A stretch of DNA of 64,000 nucleotides from Macrostomum hystrix. Lineage: Eukaryota; Animalia; Platyhelminthes. Under the pieces are notes generated by a model, which was not told the DNA's origin, ran no database searches, and was given only the letters and a program-made list of their open reading frames with translations. The translations under genes and the position numbers were made by a program. Within the stretch, counting starts at the first letter, position 1. Each line of letters begins with the position of its first letter. Positions 46,920 through 60,809 of this stretch are shown one piece after another. The DNA lies in contig CATNEN010000008.1 in the NCBI GenBank assembly GCA_950097015.1, positions 1,116,001 through 1,180,000 of the forward strand, given 5' to 3'.

Positions 46920-47474
46920 GCCACGAGCGCATCGGCATTGACAGTCTCTACGAGCAGGAGGGCCTAGTTCCCATGGTGGTGGACGCAGTGCTATCCATGG
47001 CTCATGCCGTACAGTAGGCACAGTAGGCACCGAGACCTGTGCCCAGCCGAGTATACGCCACCCTGAACGGCACACTGCTGCGTGAGTTCATTAGCCGGGT
47101 GAACTTCACCGGCACGTCGGCCAGTACTGATCGAGAGTCTCTCTACGAGATCTTCCAGTACCAGCGGGGTCAGAACAAGCGCCGCTATCGCTAACAAAAG
47201 ATCGGCACCTGGGGAGGACAGCTCAGCCTGGACAATAGCACTTTGGCCTGGGGCGACTTCACCGGAGGCGATCCATCGGTGCCGCCGCTGTCCGTCTGCT
47301 CATCCTGAGCATGTCCGTCCGTCTCAGCCTGAGCATCATCTACTCGGCCATCTTCACAAAAACTAACCGGCTCAGTAGTATCTTCAACCGGGCGGTGAAG
47401 TCGCTGATGAAGCAGCCGTCCTACACGAGACTCGATCTCAGTTGGTTCTCTGCTGCTGCCTCGTCTCGGTGCAG
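46920..47474 (+). pseudogene. mGluR-like exon(s), copy 2: flytrap C-terminus fused to TM3-TM4, with stops
   Basis: GHERIGIDSLYEQEGLVPMVVDAVLSMAHA...NFTG...YEIFQYQ...KIGTW...SVCSS*, then in another frame LSIIYSAIFTKTNRLSSIF and QLVLCCCLVSVQ, followed by GTGAGT. Confidence 0.87.
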
Positions 47475-47519
47475 GTGAGTCTTGGAACTGAGGAACTGAG
47501 AACTGATTTTAAGTCAGCT

Positions 47520-47735
47520 GGTTCCTAGTTTCCAGGTAACTATGGTTTCCAAGAAACTATGGTTTCCAAGAAACTATGGTTTCCAAGAAACTATGGTTTC
47601 CAAGAAACTATGGTTTCCAAGAAACTATGGTTTCCAAGAAACTATGGTTTCCAAGAAACTATGGTTTCTAAGAAACTATGGTTTCAAAAAACTATGGTTT
47701 CCACGAAACTCTGGTTTCCAAGAAAATGTTTCCAA
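47520..47735. repeat. 17-bp minisatellite (ATGGTTTCCAAGAAACT)n, copy 2
   Basis: Same unit and the same position relative to the TM4 exon as in copy 1. Confidence 0.92.
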
Positions 47736-47823
47736 GACACAAGGTCCTGCGCTGCGCAGTGGATGCGTCCATTGTAGTGTCGCTGCTGTACAATATGATC
47801 CTCATTTGCTCTGTGCACCATCT

Positions 47824-47848
47824 CTTTCACTCTCACTCGCACTCTCAT

Positions 47849-47933
<85 letters not shown>

Positions 47934-47939
47934 CTCACT

Positions 47940-47982
<43 letters not shown>

Positions 47983-48007
47983 CTCACTTTCACTTTCAGT
48001 CTCACTT

Positions 48008-48050
<43 letters not shown>

Positions 48051-48051
48051 T

Positions 48052-48097
<46 letters not shown>
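47824..48097. repeat. (CTCACT)n hexamer microsatellite
   Basis: Direct reading. Confidence 0.95.
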
Positions 48098-48098
<1 letters not shown>

Positions 48099-48354
48099 CG
48101 CCCCAGCTGCACCCATGCATAGCTACTATCGCTGGTCTTCCTAAGCCCGCCCTAACTGGAAAGTTTTCCTTGTGAAACCCTGCACAGGTAAAGCAGCAGA
48201 CGGAGCTGTTGCTTCAGCGGCAATCGTCGATGCGGACGCAGCGGACGGTCGTCAGAGAGCGAATAAGCGAAGATGCCAGCAGCCCACCGTCAGCTTCTCC
48301 TCGGACAGCGGCTTCCCCTGCGAGAGGCTGCTCATCGCCAATGCGGCGGTGCGC

Positions 48355-49138
48355 GAGACTGCTCTTTGAGACTGCTCTTTGAGACTGCTCTTTGAGACTG
48401 CTCTTTGAGACTGCTCTTTGAGACTGCTCTTTGAGACTGCTCTTTGAGACTGCTCTTTGAGACTGCTCTTTGAGACTGCTCTTTGAGACTGCTCTTTGAG
48501 ACTGCTCTTTGAGACTGCTCTTTGAGACTGTTCTTTGAGACTGCTCTTTGAGACTGCTCTTTGAGACTGCTCTTTGAGACTGCTCTTTGAGACTGCTCTT
48601 TGAGACTGCTCTTTGAGACTGCTCTTTGAGACTGCTCTTTGAGACTGCTCTTTGAGACTGCTCTTTGAGACTGTTCTTTGAGACTGCTCTTTGAGACTGC
48701 TCTTTGAGACTGCTCTTTGAGACTGCTCTTTGAGACTGCTCTTTGAGACTGCTCTTTGAGACTGCTCTTTGAGACTGCTCTTTGAGACTGCTCTTTGAGA
48801 CTGCTCTTTGAGACTGCTCTTTGAGACTGCTCTTTGAGACTGTTCTTTGAGACTGCTCTTTGAGACTGCTCTTTGAGACTGCTCTTTGAGACTGCTCTTT
48901 GAGACTGCTCTTTGAGACTGCTCTTTGAGACTGCTCTTTGAGACTGCTCTTTGAGACTGCTCTTTGAGACTGCTCTTTGAGACTGCTCTTTGAGACTGTT
49001 CTTTGAGACTGCTCTTTGAGACTGCTCTTTGAGACTGCTCTTTGAGACTGCTCTTTGAGACTGCTCTTTGAGACTGCTCTTTGAGACTGCTCTTTGAGAC
49101 TGCTCTTTGAGACTGCTCTTTGAGACTGCTCTTTGAGA
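48355..49138. repeat. 13-bp minisatellite (GAGACTGCTCTTT)n, about 60 units
   Basis: Highly homogeneous; produces the spurious 296-aa SKSSLKEQSQRAV ORF. Confidence 0.97.
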
Positions 49139-49269
49139 GCATTGTGCTGCCTTTGGTGTCTTTGATGTTTCAGTTTAATATTTTGAATTAAAAAACTAAC
49201 TTAGATTTCTATTTCCTATGAATTTCTTCTCCTGACTCTCCTATTTCACCCCTTAGTTGTTTATTCCCA

Positions 49270-49860
49270 ATCCCTCCTAGATTTCTCCCCCCATCTCTGA
49301 GATTTCTCCTCTCCCTCTCCCTCTCCCCTTCAACCCCTCAGATTTCTCCCCTCTCCTTTAGATTTTCCCCCCTCTCCCTCAGATTTCTTCCCCACTTCCT
49401 CAGATTTCTTCCCCTCCCCCCCTCAGATTTCCCCCCTCTACCCACAGATTTCTCTGCTTCTCTCTCAGATTTCTCCCCATCTCTCTCAGATTTCTCCCTC
49501 ACTCCCTCAGATTTCTCCCCTCTCCCTCAGATTTTTCTCCTTCTCCCTCTGATTTCTCTCCTTCTCCCTCAGATTTCTTCCCCACTACCTCATATTTCTC
49601 CCCTCTCCTTCAGATGTCTCCCCTCCCTCAGATTTATTCCCCTCTCCCTCCTCCTCAGAATTCTCCCCTTATCCCTCAGAATTCTCCCCTCTCTCTCATA
49701 TTTCTACCCCTCTCTCTCATATTTCTCCCCCACTCCATCAGAATTCTCCCCTTATCCCTCAGAATTCTTTCCTCTCTCTCATATTTCTCCCGTCTCTCTC
49801 AGAATTCTCCCCTTTCTCAGAATTCCCCCCTCTCTCAGATTTTTCCTCTCTCCCTTTCTC
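49270..49860. repeat. Degenerate pyrimidine-rich repeat (CTCCCTCAGATTTCTCCC-like)
   Basis: Recurrent CTCAGATTT/CTCAGAATT cores in C/T-rich sequence. Confidence 0.75.
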
Positions 49861-50199
49861 ATACTCTCGCTAAGAATTTCCCCTTATTCACAGATTTGTA
49901 CCTTCTGATTTCTACGTTGACATTTGTGTATTACTGTGACTTTCGCGTTCTATGCAGACTCTGGGCATTTTTTCAGAAACAGTTTGAATTTTCTTAAACT
50001 TAGAATCGCTGCGCAAATCTTACACGCCGCTTTCTATGTTGTATGGTTTGTACATTGTACTAGCGTACAGCTGGCTAGGGTAGCATCTGAATTTGTTCAG
50101 TATCTTTTTTAATAATATTTTGTTTAAATACATAATTACTGTCGCTAAACTCTGGCCTAGACTCTGGCTTATATTAATAACTTTTAGATTTCAGGAATT

Positions 50200-51010
50200 A
50201 ATAAAGAATCTTGGGATTTTCTTTATATGTGACTTCCTTGGTTATAGGATTTTCATGATTTTGGGATTTTATTGATTGTGGGATTTCCTTGATTATGGAA
50301 TATCCTTGATTTGGGACTTCCTTGATTTTGTGGTTTCCTTGCTTTTGGGATTTCCTTGATTTTTGGATTTCCTTGTTTTGTGACTTCCTTGGTTATAGGA
50401 TGTTCAGGATTTTGGGATTTCTTTGATTATGGAATTTCCTTGATTATGTGGTTTCCTTGATTTTTAGATTTCCTTGATTTTTGCATTTCTTTCGTTTTTA
50501 GATTTCCTAGATTTTAGTACTTCTTTGAATTTAGGATTTCCTGGAATTTGAGATTTATTTTGTTCTGAGACTTACTTGATTCAGTAATTTCTTAGATTTT
50601 TGGAATTCCTTGATTTTAGGATTTGCTTGATTTTTAGTTAGGGATTTCCTTGATTGTGGGATTTCCTTGATTGTGGGATTTCCTTGATTGTGGGATTTCC
50701 TTGATTATGGGATTTCCTTGATTTTGAGATTTGCTCGATTTTTTGATTTCTTTGATTTGGGATTTACTAGGTTATGGGATTTCTATGATTTGGAATTTCC
50801 TTGATTCGGGATTTCCTTGATTTTTGGGATTTCCCTGATTTTTGGGATTTCCTTGACTTTTGGGTTTTCCTGGATTTTGGAATTTCCTTGATTTGGGATT
50901 CACGTAATATGGAACTTTCATAACATTGAATTCATGGATTTTGGATTTCATAAATTCCTGATTTCAGGGATTTGTGTTTTCAAATATTTGGGAATATTGG
51001 GATTTCGTGT
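50200..51010. repeat. Degenerate GGGATTTCCTTGATT-type tandem repeat
   Basis: Recurrent core with variable T-rich linkers. Confidence 0.75.
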
Positions 51011-51733
51011 ATATGGGATTTTATAAAATATTTAGGACTGTGGTGCTCTGGAATTATTTTTTTTGTTGTCAGGATATCAGGATTTAGATTTTCGGATTCG
51101 AAAATATTGTACGAGCGTAGTTTATTTAAATTTGAGAATAGATTTCGGTGATGTAGGATTTCTCTTGTCAGCTGGAGTGAGTTAAAATTCGGCACAAGAT
51201 AGATACTCGTATTTTTTATCGCGATCTCGCCAACAGCTGATCGACTCAAGAGAACAAGTAAAAGCCGTCACAATGAGGTTTTCACACTCCCACAGGTGTG
51301 AACATCTGCCCGTCTCTCTCATCGTCATCGAATGCTAACAGCGTTGGGTAGTGTCTGATTGGTTGACAGACTAGGTGATGGTGTCCTGGAGTTGAGCTGT
51401 GCCTAATATTTAGCTTTGATCTATGATATTGGAGAAATTCGCGTCAGGGTGTCCATAGTGACCTATTTCCACCTGTTGTAGCCCTTGAAGGTCCAGCAGT
51501 CCGTCTAGAAAAGGGTAGGTGACCACCGAAGACGCAGATGATGCAGGCACATTCGGGTGACATGCTGATCAATTTTTCGAAGGCCTGGCAAAGCCGCACT
51601 GAGGCGCAGTGCTAATTCGTGTATAGGGGTGTAGAAAATACACTATCTCTTATAGGAAAAATCTGATATTCTGCCAGAAACATTGAATATCTCGACGGTC
51701 TGAAGAGCTGGCGATTCGACTATTGTTTCAGAA

Positions 51734-54700
51734 TGTAAGCGATTGAAAAGCGCTTACATCGGTTCTCCTTTCAATCAGCGACCTTCATCTGCATTTCGAC
51801 CCACCCAGCGCTCAAAATAGACCTGAGCGAGCCAGACCGGCTGACCTGACGGCCTGGAAAGCAATGACGCAGAGACCGAGAACCTATGCACCCTATCAGC
51901 CTGCGAACTCGTGCCTAGAATGCTCGGGTCTGGTGTGTTGGGTTGGGGACCATGGCAACGCGGGGCAGAGAGATAACTGCTTGTGTGTTATCTTTTATAT
52001 CTCTCTCTCTCTGACCCCCCCCTACTGCTAAACACTGTGCCTTATCGCTTGAATATAAAATACACTGCTTCGTAGATATGCTCCTGCACTGAAGCTTTGA
52101 GATGTGAGTCTCACACTCATAATTGTTGGCCTCTGTGGTCAGTACGAGTTCAAGTCTTTCGGTTAGTGTCGGCAGAAGGTAGCAGGCAGCAAGAAAACCT
52201 GCTATATCTGGTTCCCTAGACCTTCCGGAGTCACCGCTAGACACAAGACAACGATTCCTGCTACACTGACAGAGGACTTCGTACTGGATGAAGGCCGGAG
52301 ATCGAGAGGCGACGCGCAGTTTCGTACCAAGCTACCAGCCAGACACTACTCAGCAACCAGCGCAAATCACGACGATTCTTACCTAGAGCGGTCATTTGGC
52401 GAGCGATTCAATTATTGTTCAACACTGGGAAAATGCGGTTACTAGTGTAGCCGCATGTAATAACCTACAAGGCACTACACAAATGTCGACTTTTTTCCCT
52501 GCCAGCCAAGTCTGAAGTTGATCAAGATGGAAGATTGTGACGAAGAAGATTGTCAAGCAGTCGTAGTTTACAATAATTGACTCTGGCCAATGAGCCAGCA
52601 ACACTGACACACACGGAGACATTGATATTTCAAATTGCATGCAAAAGCATGCCCTTTGTGAAGCAGGCGACTTCACCGATTATAAAACTAGACTGCAAAT
52701 ACTTGTTGTGACGCCTGAGCTGCAACTAAGCAAGCCCGATGGGACTGCCACCAGTAACAACACCTCCCTGGCCACCGTGCGATGGTCAGTTTTCGGGGAA
52801 CATACATTGCCCCATGTTGATGATAATTGCTGCACACACTACTCAAGCTGTACTGCTCAGTCGAAGGGACGAGCTGGTGCAAGCCAGAACATTTTCTGCC
52901 AGTCAAGACCAACTCAGACTCCAGGACCGCATACAATCAAGAAGATCGGCACCAAACAAGCTGCCGAGCACAATGCAAGAAAAGCTGGTATGAGACTGCC
53001 AATCGCGAGAAAGACAGGACATCATCAGAACATCACGGTACCAGTGAGATCTTCGACGCCAGGAGAACTGACACGGGTGTCAGTTTTTCAAAAGGGGAAG
53101 ATATGTAAGCGATTGAAAAGCGCTTACATCGGTTCTCCTTTCAATCAGCGACCTTCATCTGCATTTCGACCCACCCAGCGCTCAAAATAGACCTGAGCGA
53201 GCCAGACCGGCTGACCTGACGGCCTGGAAAGCAATGACGCAGAGACCGAGAACCTATGCACCCTATCAGCCTGCGAACTCGTGCCTAGAATGCTCGGGTC
53301 TGGTGTGTTGGGTTGGGGACCATGGCAACGCGGGGCAGAGAGATAACTGCTTGTGTGTTATCTTTTATATCTCTCTCTCTCTGACCCCCCCCTACTGCTA
53401 AACACTGTGCCTTATCGCTTGAATATAAAATACACTGCTTCGTAGATATGCTCCTGCACTGAAGCTTTGAGATGTGAGTCTCACACTCATAATTGTTGGC
53501 CTCTGTGGTCAGTACGAGTTCAAGTCTTTCGGTTAGTGTCGGCAGAAGGTAGCAGGCAGCAAGAAAACCTGCTATATCTGGTTCCCTAGACCTTCCGGAG
53601 TCACCGCTAGACACAAGACAACGATTCCTGCTACACTGACAGAGGACTTCGTACTGGATGAAGGCCGGAGATCGAGAGGCGACGCGCAGTTTCGTACCAA
53701 GCTACCAGCCAGACACTACTCAGCAACCAGCGCAAATCACGACGATTCTTACCTAGAGCGGTCATTTGGCGAGCGATTCAATTATTGTTCAACACTGGGA
53801 AAATGCGGTTACTAGTGTAGCCGCATGTAATAACCTACAAGGCACTACACAAATGTCGACTTTTTTCCCTGCCAGCCAAGTCTGAAGTTGATCAAGATGG
53901 AAGATTGTGACGAAGAAGATTGTCAAGCAGTCGTAGTTTACAATAATTGACTCTGGCCAATGAGCCAGCAACACTGACACACACGGAGACATTGATATTT
54001 CAAATTGCATGCAAAAGCATGCCCTTTGTGAAGCAGGCGACTTCACCGATTATAAAACTAGACTGCAAATACTTGTTGTGACGCCTGAGCTGCAACTAAG
54101 CAAGCCCGATGGGACTGCCACCAGTAACAACACCTCCCTGGCCACCGTGCGATGGTCAGTTTTCGGGGAACATACATTGCCCCATGTTGATGATAATTGC
54201 TGCACACACTACTCAAGCTGTACTGCTCAGTCGAAGGGACGAGCTGGTGCAAGCCAGAACATTTTCTGCCAGTCAAGACCAACTCAGACTCCAGGACCGC
54301 ATACAATCAAGAAGATCGGCACCAAACAAGCTGCCGAGCACAATGCAAGAAAAGCTGGTATGAGACTGCCAATCGCGAGAAAGACAGGACATCATCAGAA
54401 CATCACGGTACCAGTGAGATCTTCGATGCCAGGAGAACTGACACGGGTGTCAGTTTTTCAAAAGGGGAAGATATGTAAGCGATTGAAAAGCGCTTACATC
54501 GGTTCTCCTTTCAATCAGCGACCTTCATCTGCATTTCGACCCACCCAGCGCTCAAAATAGACCTGAGCGAGCCAGACCGGCTGACCTGACGGCCTGGAAA
54601 GCAATGACGCAGAGACCGAGAACCTATGCACCGTGCCTAGAATGCTCGGGGCTGGTGTGTTGGGTTGGGGACCATGGCAACGCGGGGCAGAGAGATAACT

Positions 54701-54929
54701 GCTTGTGTGTTATCTTTTATATCTCTCTCTCTCTGACCCCCCCCCTACTGCTAAACACTGTGCCTTATCGCTTGAATATAAAATACACTGCTTCGTAGAT
54801 ATGCTCCGGCACTGAAGCTTTGAGATGTGAGTCTCACACTCATAATTGTTGGCCTCTGTGGTCAGTACGAGTTCAAGTCTTTCGGTTAGTGTCGGCAGAA
54901 GGTAGCAGGCAGCAAGAAAACCTGCTATA
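51734..54929 (+). mobile_element. Non-autonomous LTR element in tandem arrangement (LTR-int-LTR-int-LTR, 1370-bp period)
   Basis: LTRs at 51734-52206, 53104-53576 and 54474-54929; PBS TGGTTCCCTAGACC 2 nt after LTR1 and LTR2; PPT AAAAGGGGAAGA before LTR2 and LTR3; 5-bp TSD CAGAA; no recognisable gag/pol. Confidence 0.87.
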
Positions 54930-55757
54930 CAGAAGATGCGCAACAAAAAGTTGGCCCGTGATCTTGAGTTTCGTGTGCTTGCGTTGCTCCGTTAGTTCTA
55001 CTGTTAAATATTTTTACGAAATCATCGGCATATTTTACGAGAAAGATACGAGTAAAGTATATATGAATGTGGTAAATAGATTTATCATCAGTTCTAAGCT
55101 TTATCTCCTGAGCTGGTCTGCCTGTGAGCTTTTGAGATGTAAAAGTACATCTATGCTTCTATCTCCCTGACTCACTGTGCGTGTCTGCCATCAATTTTGA
55201 CTTCATAGTCTTTCAATAAAAATTGATAATTATCTGCCGTGTGCCAGTCTTAGCCCAGTATTTAGGCTAGGCTTAGAGATTGCTTGGTTAGATGATTATC
55301 AAATTAACATTGTCTATCATTCTAGCTGATAACATAGGTCTGTGGTCTAACTGCCAGTAATATACATACCTAATGAGTACTGAATAATTGAAGAAAGTTT
55401 GTGATATAAAACAGCCCTTGGTAGTCAATTAGATCTTGCCTATGTAATCTGAGATCTATTTGATAGTGAATGAGTTTTACGATGAATAAAGAAAGACTGA
55501 GGGTTAGACTAAGAGTGAAAGCTCAAGTCACTTTCATTTGTTTTCTCTAGATTTGTTAAAAATCACGACTGTAAAAAATTGAATTGGCGAGGAAACTTCC
55601 GGTTGCTAACTCGCGCAATTCGTGCTTCCCGGAAAAATATTTAATGAACTTTTATCTAAAGCTCTTACCTTAAACTCACACAATATTATAATACATTCTG
55701 ATTACTTTTCAGGAGCTATGTAGACCTTTTTTGTTAGAATTTTAACATACTAATCAC

Positions 55758-55974
55758 TACATCGGCTCGTTTAGAATGTACATCGGTTCGTTTAGAATGT
55801 ACATCGGTTCGTTTAGAATGTACATCGGTTCGTATAGAATGTACATCGGCTCGTTTAGAATGTACATCGGCTCGTTTAGAATGTACATCGGTTCGTTTAG
55901 AATGTACATCGGTTCGTTTAGAATGTACATCGGCTCGTTTAGAATGTACATCGGCTCGTTTAGAATGTACATCG
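55758..55974. repeat. 21-bp minisatellite (TACATCGGTTCGTTTAGAATG)n, about 10 units
   Basis: Direct reading. Confidence 0.94.
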
Positions 55975-57512
55975 GTTGTCAAAAAATATACTTTGAAAGC
56001 CTGACCAGTGATGATGCGCACACAGCCTCCCAGTATGTTGGCCTACAGCCAAATCCTGAAAGCAATAGTATGACCAGAAGTCATTTCCCAGTGTCGTCCT
56101 TTCTCTCTTTCCTTATTTGCTCAGCCATCTGGGCCGGGCAGTTCCGCCCATAAAACTAGTCAAAGCTTCTTTCCGGTTGAGTGCAGGGCCACTCAGGCCA
56201 AATCTTGCCCGCCCCTTCGCATTTCGCCTTCCTCGCCTCAAAATCCACTCCCAGGCCAACACTCCCAATGCAAATGTCGCATGATTTCCCCATGGCCTGA
56301 CAACCGTGTCTCGGCTGGCGAAGAGGATGAAAAGTAAACATTTTTGGGAGTTTGGGAATATTTTCTTGTCCTTTTTTATAGATTAGGAAGGTATTAGTTA
56401 CTTATTTTAAATGTATTGTTCTTCTGCTTCAGATTTCCGAGAGTTTTTGACGGTTGTTGCTAATCCGGCTTAACATGAATTGACTTGTAATGACTTGTCT
56501 ACACAAGCAGCGTCACCAATGTACAAAATTCCCACTGTACAATGACCACATAAACTATAGTACATCTCTAAAGTATTAAACATATCGCATTATCCCCAAC
56601 TTAAACTGACCCTTTCCTACAATGTTCATCATCACCTATCTACACTTATCCTTCCAAATGTACAATATCCCCAACGTACAATGACCTAACTCCATAATGT
56701 ACATCATTACAAACGTACAATGATCATCATCCATACTGTACATTATCACCAACGTACAATGACCCAACTCCATGATGTACATCATCACCAACGTACACCA
56801 ATCCTTCCTCAGAAAGTACTAAAGTGTACATTCTCTATTAAGTACATCACTTGTACGAGTACTTTATCGATTTTCCTACCTTAGATTTGTCGGCCTCAAA
56901 CAGCGCGTGTGTATTTTTAGTCACTCTTTAGCCCGATTCCAGCTAAGCCGTCAAGCAATAAAACCAAGCCAATTAACTTTAATGACCATCGCTTTGGCCC
57001 GTTGGAATTCAGGCAGTATAACAACTGCCCCGATGAGTCAATTAAATCGATCAACTCCGCTCCGTCATAAAACTGTCAATTCTCCATCTCATAACTTTAA
57101 CAAATAGCGGGGACGAAATATTTGTTATAAACTAGCTCAAACTCCAGGTAGAAATATCTAGGAATTTTAAACAGCTGGTCTGCACTTATTGCAGTGGACT
57201 ATGCAGGTTTTTAACTTAATTGACACTTTTTATAAGTATTTTCCAGTGCCTGTGTGGGCTACCGAGTGTGGTTAGGGGCTTGGGGTGGGTGGGTTAGCCG
57301 GTTGAAATTGGAAAAAATGTGAACAATTTTCATATTTTCTTTCCACTCGGCAATGGGGTAGGTTGGCGATTAGGCGATGAAATAAAGGCTATCTGTCAGA
57401 CGGGTGTAGATAATTGCATTGGACTTGACTTCAATAGAAACCATTTTGTCTGGCTGCTTTGCACATGCACTTCCCTGCTGTACCTCCCACCGCCTTCGCC
57501 TGTCCATACTGC

Positions 57513-58320
57513 TCCCACTCTACTCTCTACCCACTCTACCCTCTACCCACTCTACTCTCTACCCACTCTACTCTCTACCCATTCTACTCTCTACCCACTC
57601 TACTCTCTACCCACTCTACTCTCTACCCACTCTACTCTCTACCCACTCTACTCTCTACCCACTCTACTCTCTACCCATTCTACTCTCTACCCACTCTACT
57701 CTCTACCCACTCTAATCTCTACCCATTCTACTCTCTACCCATTCTACTCTCTACCCACTCTACTCTCTACCCACTCTACTCTCTACCCACCCTACTCTCT
57801 ACCCACTCTACTCTCTACCCACTCTACTCTCTACCCACTCTACTCTCTACCCATTCTACTCTCTACCCATTCTACTCTCTACCCACTCTACTCTCTACCC
57901 ACTCTACTCTCTACCCACTCTACTCTCTACCCACTCTACTCTCTACCCACTCTACTCTCTACCCACTCTAATCTCTACCCATTCTACTCTCTACCCATTC
58001 TACTCTCTACCCACTCTACTCTCTACCCACTCTACTCTCTACCCACTCTACTCTCTACCCACTCTACTCTCTACCCACTCTAATCTCTACCCATTCTACT
58101 CTCTACCCATTCTACTCTCTACCCACTCTACTCTCTACCCACTCTACTCTCTACCCACTCTACTCTCTACCCACTCTACTCTCTACCCACTCTACTCTCT
58201 ACCCACTCTAATCTCTACCCATTCTACTCTCTACCCATTCTACTCTCTACCCACTCTACTCTCTACCCACTCTACTCTCTACCCACTTTACTCTCTACCC
58301 ACTCTACTCTCTAACCACTC
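57513..58320. repeat. 16-bp minisatellite (CCACTCTACTCTCTAC)n, about 50 units
   Basis: Direct reading. Confidence 0.95.
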
Positions 58321-59269
58321 TGAGACAGGGGAGAGATAAGACAGGGGAGAGATGAGACAGGGGGGAGATAAGACAGGGGAGAGACGAGACAGGGTTGAGC
58401 AGGTATTAAAATGTGTCAGGGGCCGGATTTGGGAGCTTCGATGGCCGCATCAGGCACACAGGTCAGAGTTTTTAACCCCTGACTGTAACCTCTCATCACG
58501 CTGACTCCAACTTAAAAAATTCCATTTCACAATCTTTTCTGTCTCAGAGGGGCACTCAAGGCAGAAAAAATTTACCCAGGAAGGGTGGAGCCGATCGCAC
58601 GAACACTCTAAGTTGAGAAGAGATAGAGAGAGAGAGTGGGAGGGGGGCAAAAAGCAAAGACTGGAGCAGACGAAACAAGAATTTACTTTCGCCTCTGAAT
58701 CATTCTAAGAAAAAAAGGGAGAAACTGGAGAAGTCTCGCATGACTTTCGGTTCGCTGGTTTCTCTCTCCAACTCTAAGTCTCCCGCGTCGCTGTGTAGCA
58801 ATTGAGATACTGAGATGGACTGACTGGTTGAAGTGAATGAAGTATCTTATCCTTCGTAGAGTCTGGAGGGTTCTAGCTCAGGCAAGTTAATTATTGAACT
58901 TTGCCTGCCGAGGAGGGACATAAGCAAGCGCTGTTTCTTTTAGTGAGCAAGAGAAATGCAGGAAATGCTTGACGCGAAAGTGGCCTCACAAAGTATCCAT
59001 TGCTGGCAGGTTTTTTTATTTCCCGATTCCAGACAGGGGAAGATTTCCGATCCTGCTTGAGGCAGGTTTTCCTTCATCTTCTGGCGAAGCAATATCCCTT
59101 TCAGGGGGGTTCAACTGCCGCCGAATGGAAATAATATAAGAAAATTATGTTCTCCCAATATGAATTTTTCATTGGGCCTCGGATCAGGCAACAGTCACTC
59201 TCTGCACCCAAAGGTTGAGCTGACTGACTGGCCGGCAGAAAGACAGACACACAGAACTCACAGACACCC

Positions 59270-60140
59270 AGAAACTAACAGACACAGAACTGACAGACAC
59301 ACAGAACTGACAACTGACAGCTGACAACTGACAACTGAGAACCCACAACCGACAGACACCCACAACTGACAGACACCCACAACTGACAGACACCCACAAT
59401 TGACAGACACCCACAACTGACAGACACCCACAACTGACAGACACCCACAACTGACAGACACCCACAACTGACAGACACCCACAATTGACAGACACCTACA
59501 ACTGACAGACACACACAACTGACAGACACCTACAACTGACAGACACCTACAACTGACAGACACCTACAACTGACAGACACCCACAATTGACAGACACCTA
59601 CAACTGACAGACAACCATAACTGACAGACACCCACAACTGACAGACACCCAGAACTCACAGACACCCACAACTAACAGACACAGAACTGACAGACACCCA
59701 AAACTGACAGACACCCACAACTGACAGACACCCACAACTGACCGACACCTACAACTGACAGACACCCACAACTGACAGACACCCACAACTGACAGACACC
59801 CACAACTGAGATACACCCAAAACTGACAGACACACACAACTGACAGACACACACAACTGACAGACACACACAACTGACAGACAGAACTGACAGATGCCCA
59901 GAACTGACAGACACCCAAAACTGACAGACAACGACAACTGACAGACACCCACAACTGACAGACACCCACAACTGACAGACACCCACAACTGACAGACACC
60001 TACAACTGACAGACACCCACAACTGACAGACACCTACAACTGACAGACACCTACAACTGACAGACACCTACAACTGACAGACACCTACAACTGACAGACA
60101 CCCACAACTGACAGACACCCACAACTGACAGACACTCATA
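59270..60140. repeat. 17-bp minisatellite (ACTGACAGACACCCACA)n
   Basis: Direct reading. Confidence 0.94.
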
Positions 60141-60809
60141 ACAGGCAGACACCCAGAATTGTCAGCAAAAGCGGTAGCAACAAAAAGAGAAATTTCTACA
60201 ATAATAAAGCCGGCGCTTTGATCCTTTCATCAATCCAGCCCCTCAAAGCGCTACAAATGTAGGATGGCAAGGACGGAGATCTGCTCCGGCCCACTTCCCA
60301 ACCCACCAACAGTCCAGTTTCCCCCTTCCTGAGAAAATCGTGCTTAAGAAACGGTGTCTGCGTACTGCGCGTTCACTCTGGCTCTTCTCTTCTTAAGCCG
60401 CGGCCATTCACTTTATTTTTGGTCCAATAACATGTCGTGGTCGCATTGGCTAGGACTGGCAGACAGACAGGCAGACAGACAGGCAGACAGGGAGGGAAAA
60501 TTGTGTGAGCATGGCGACCCGGGATATGACTGGGCCTGCTTCTTAAGTCAGCGTTGGGAAAATAATTTAACGAACAAAAAATTTCCCATTTTTAGAAGAA
60601 CTATTTAGACACCAAATGATCCCTCCGTTGACATGACAAAGTGAAAGGGCATAAAAAAGTTTTGAATATGTCGATACCCGAGCTGGCCACAGTATCCAGG
60701 CTTGTGGCATCTCAGACCATCGGTGATCTGCAGTCAGAGTTGCAGGTGAGAATCAGATGAAAAACATTATCGCTTCATATCAGTGCCTCTTTGATTTCAT
60801 GCATGGCTG

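Noticed and set aside
52639-53190. 183-aa ORF in the tandem LTR element (duplicated at 54009-54560) as a gene
   Set aside because: No recognisable motif, it runs into the LTR, and its duplication is explained by the tandem unit.
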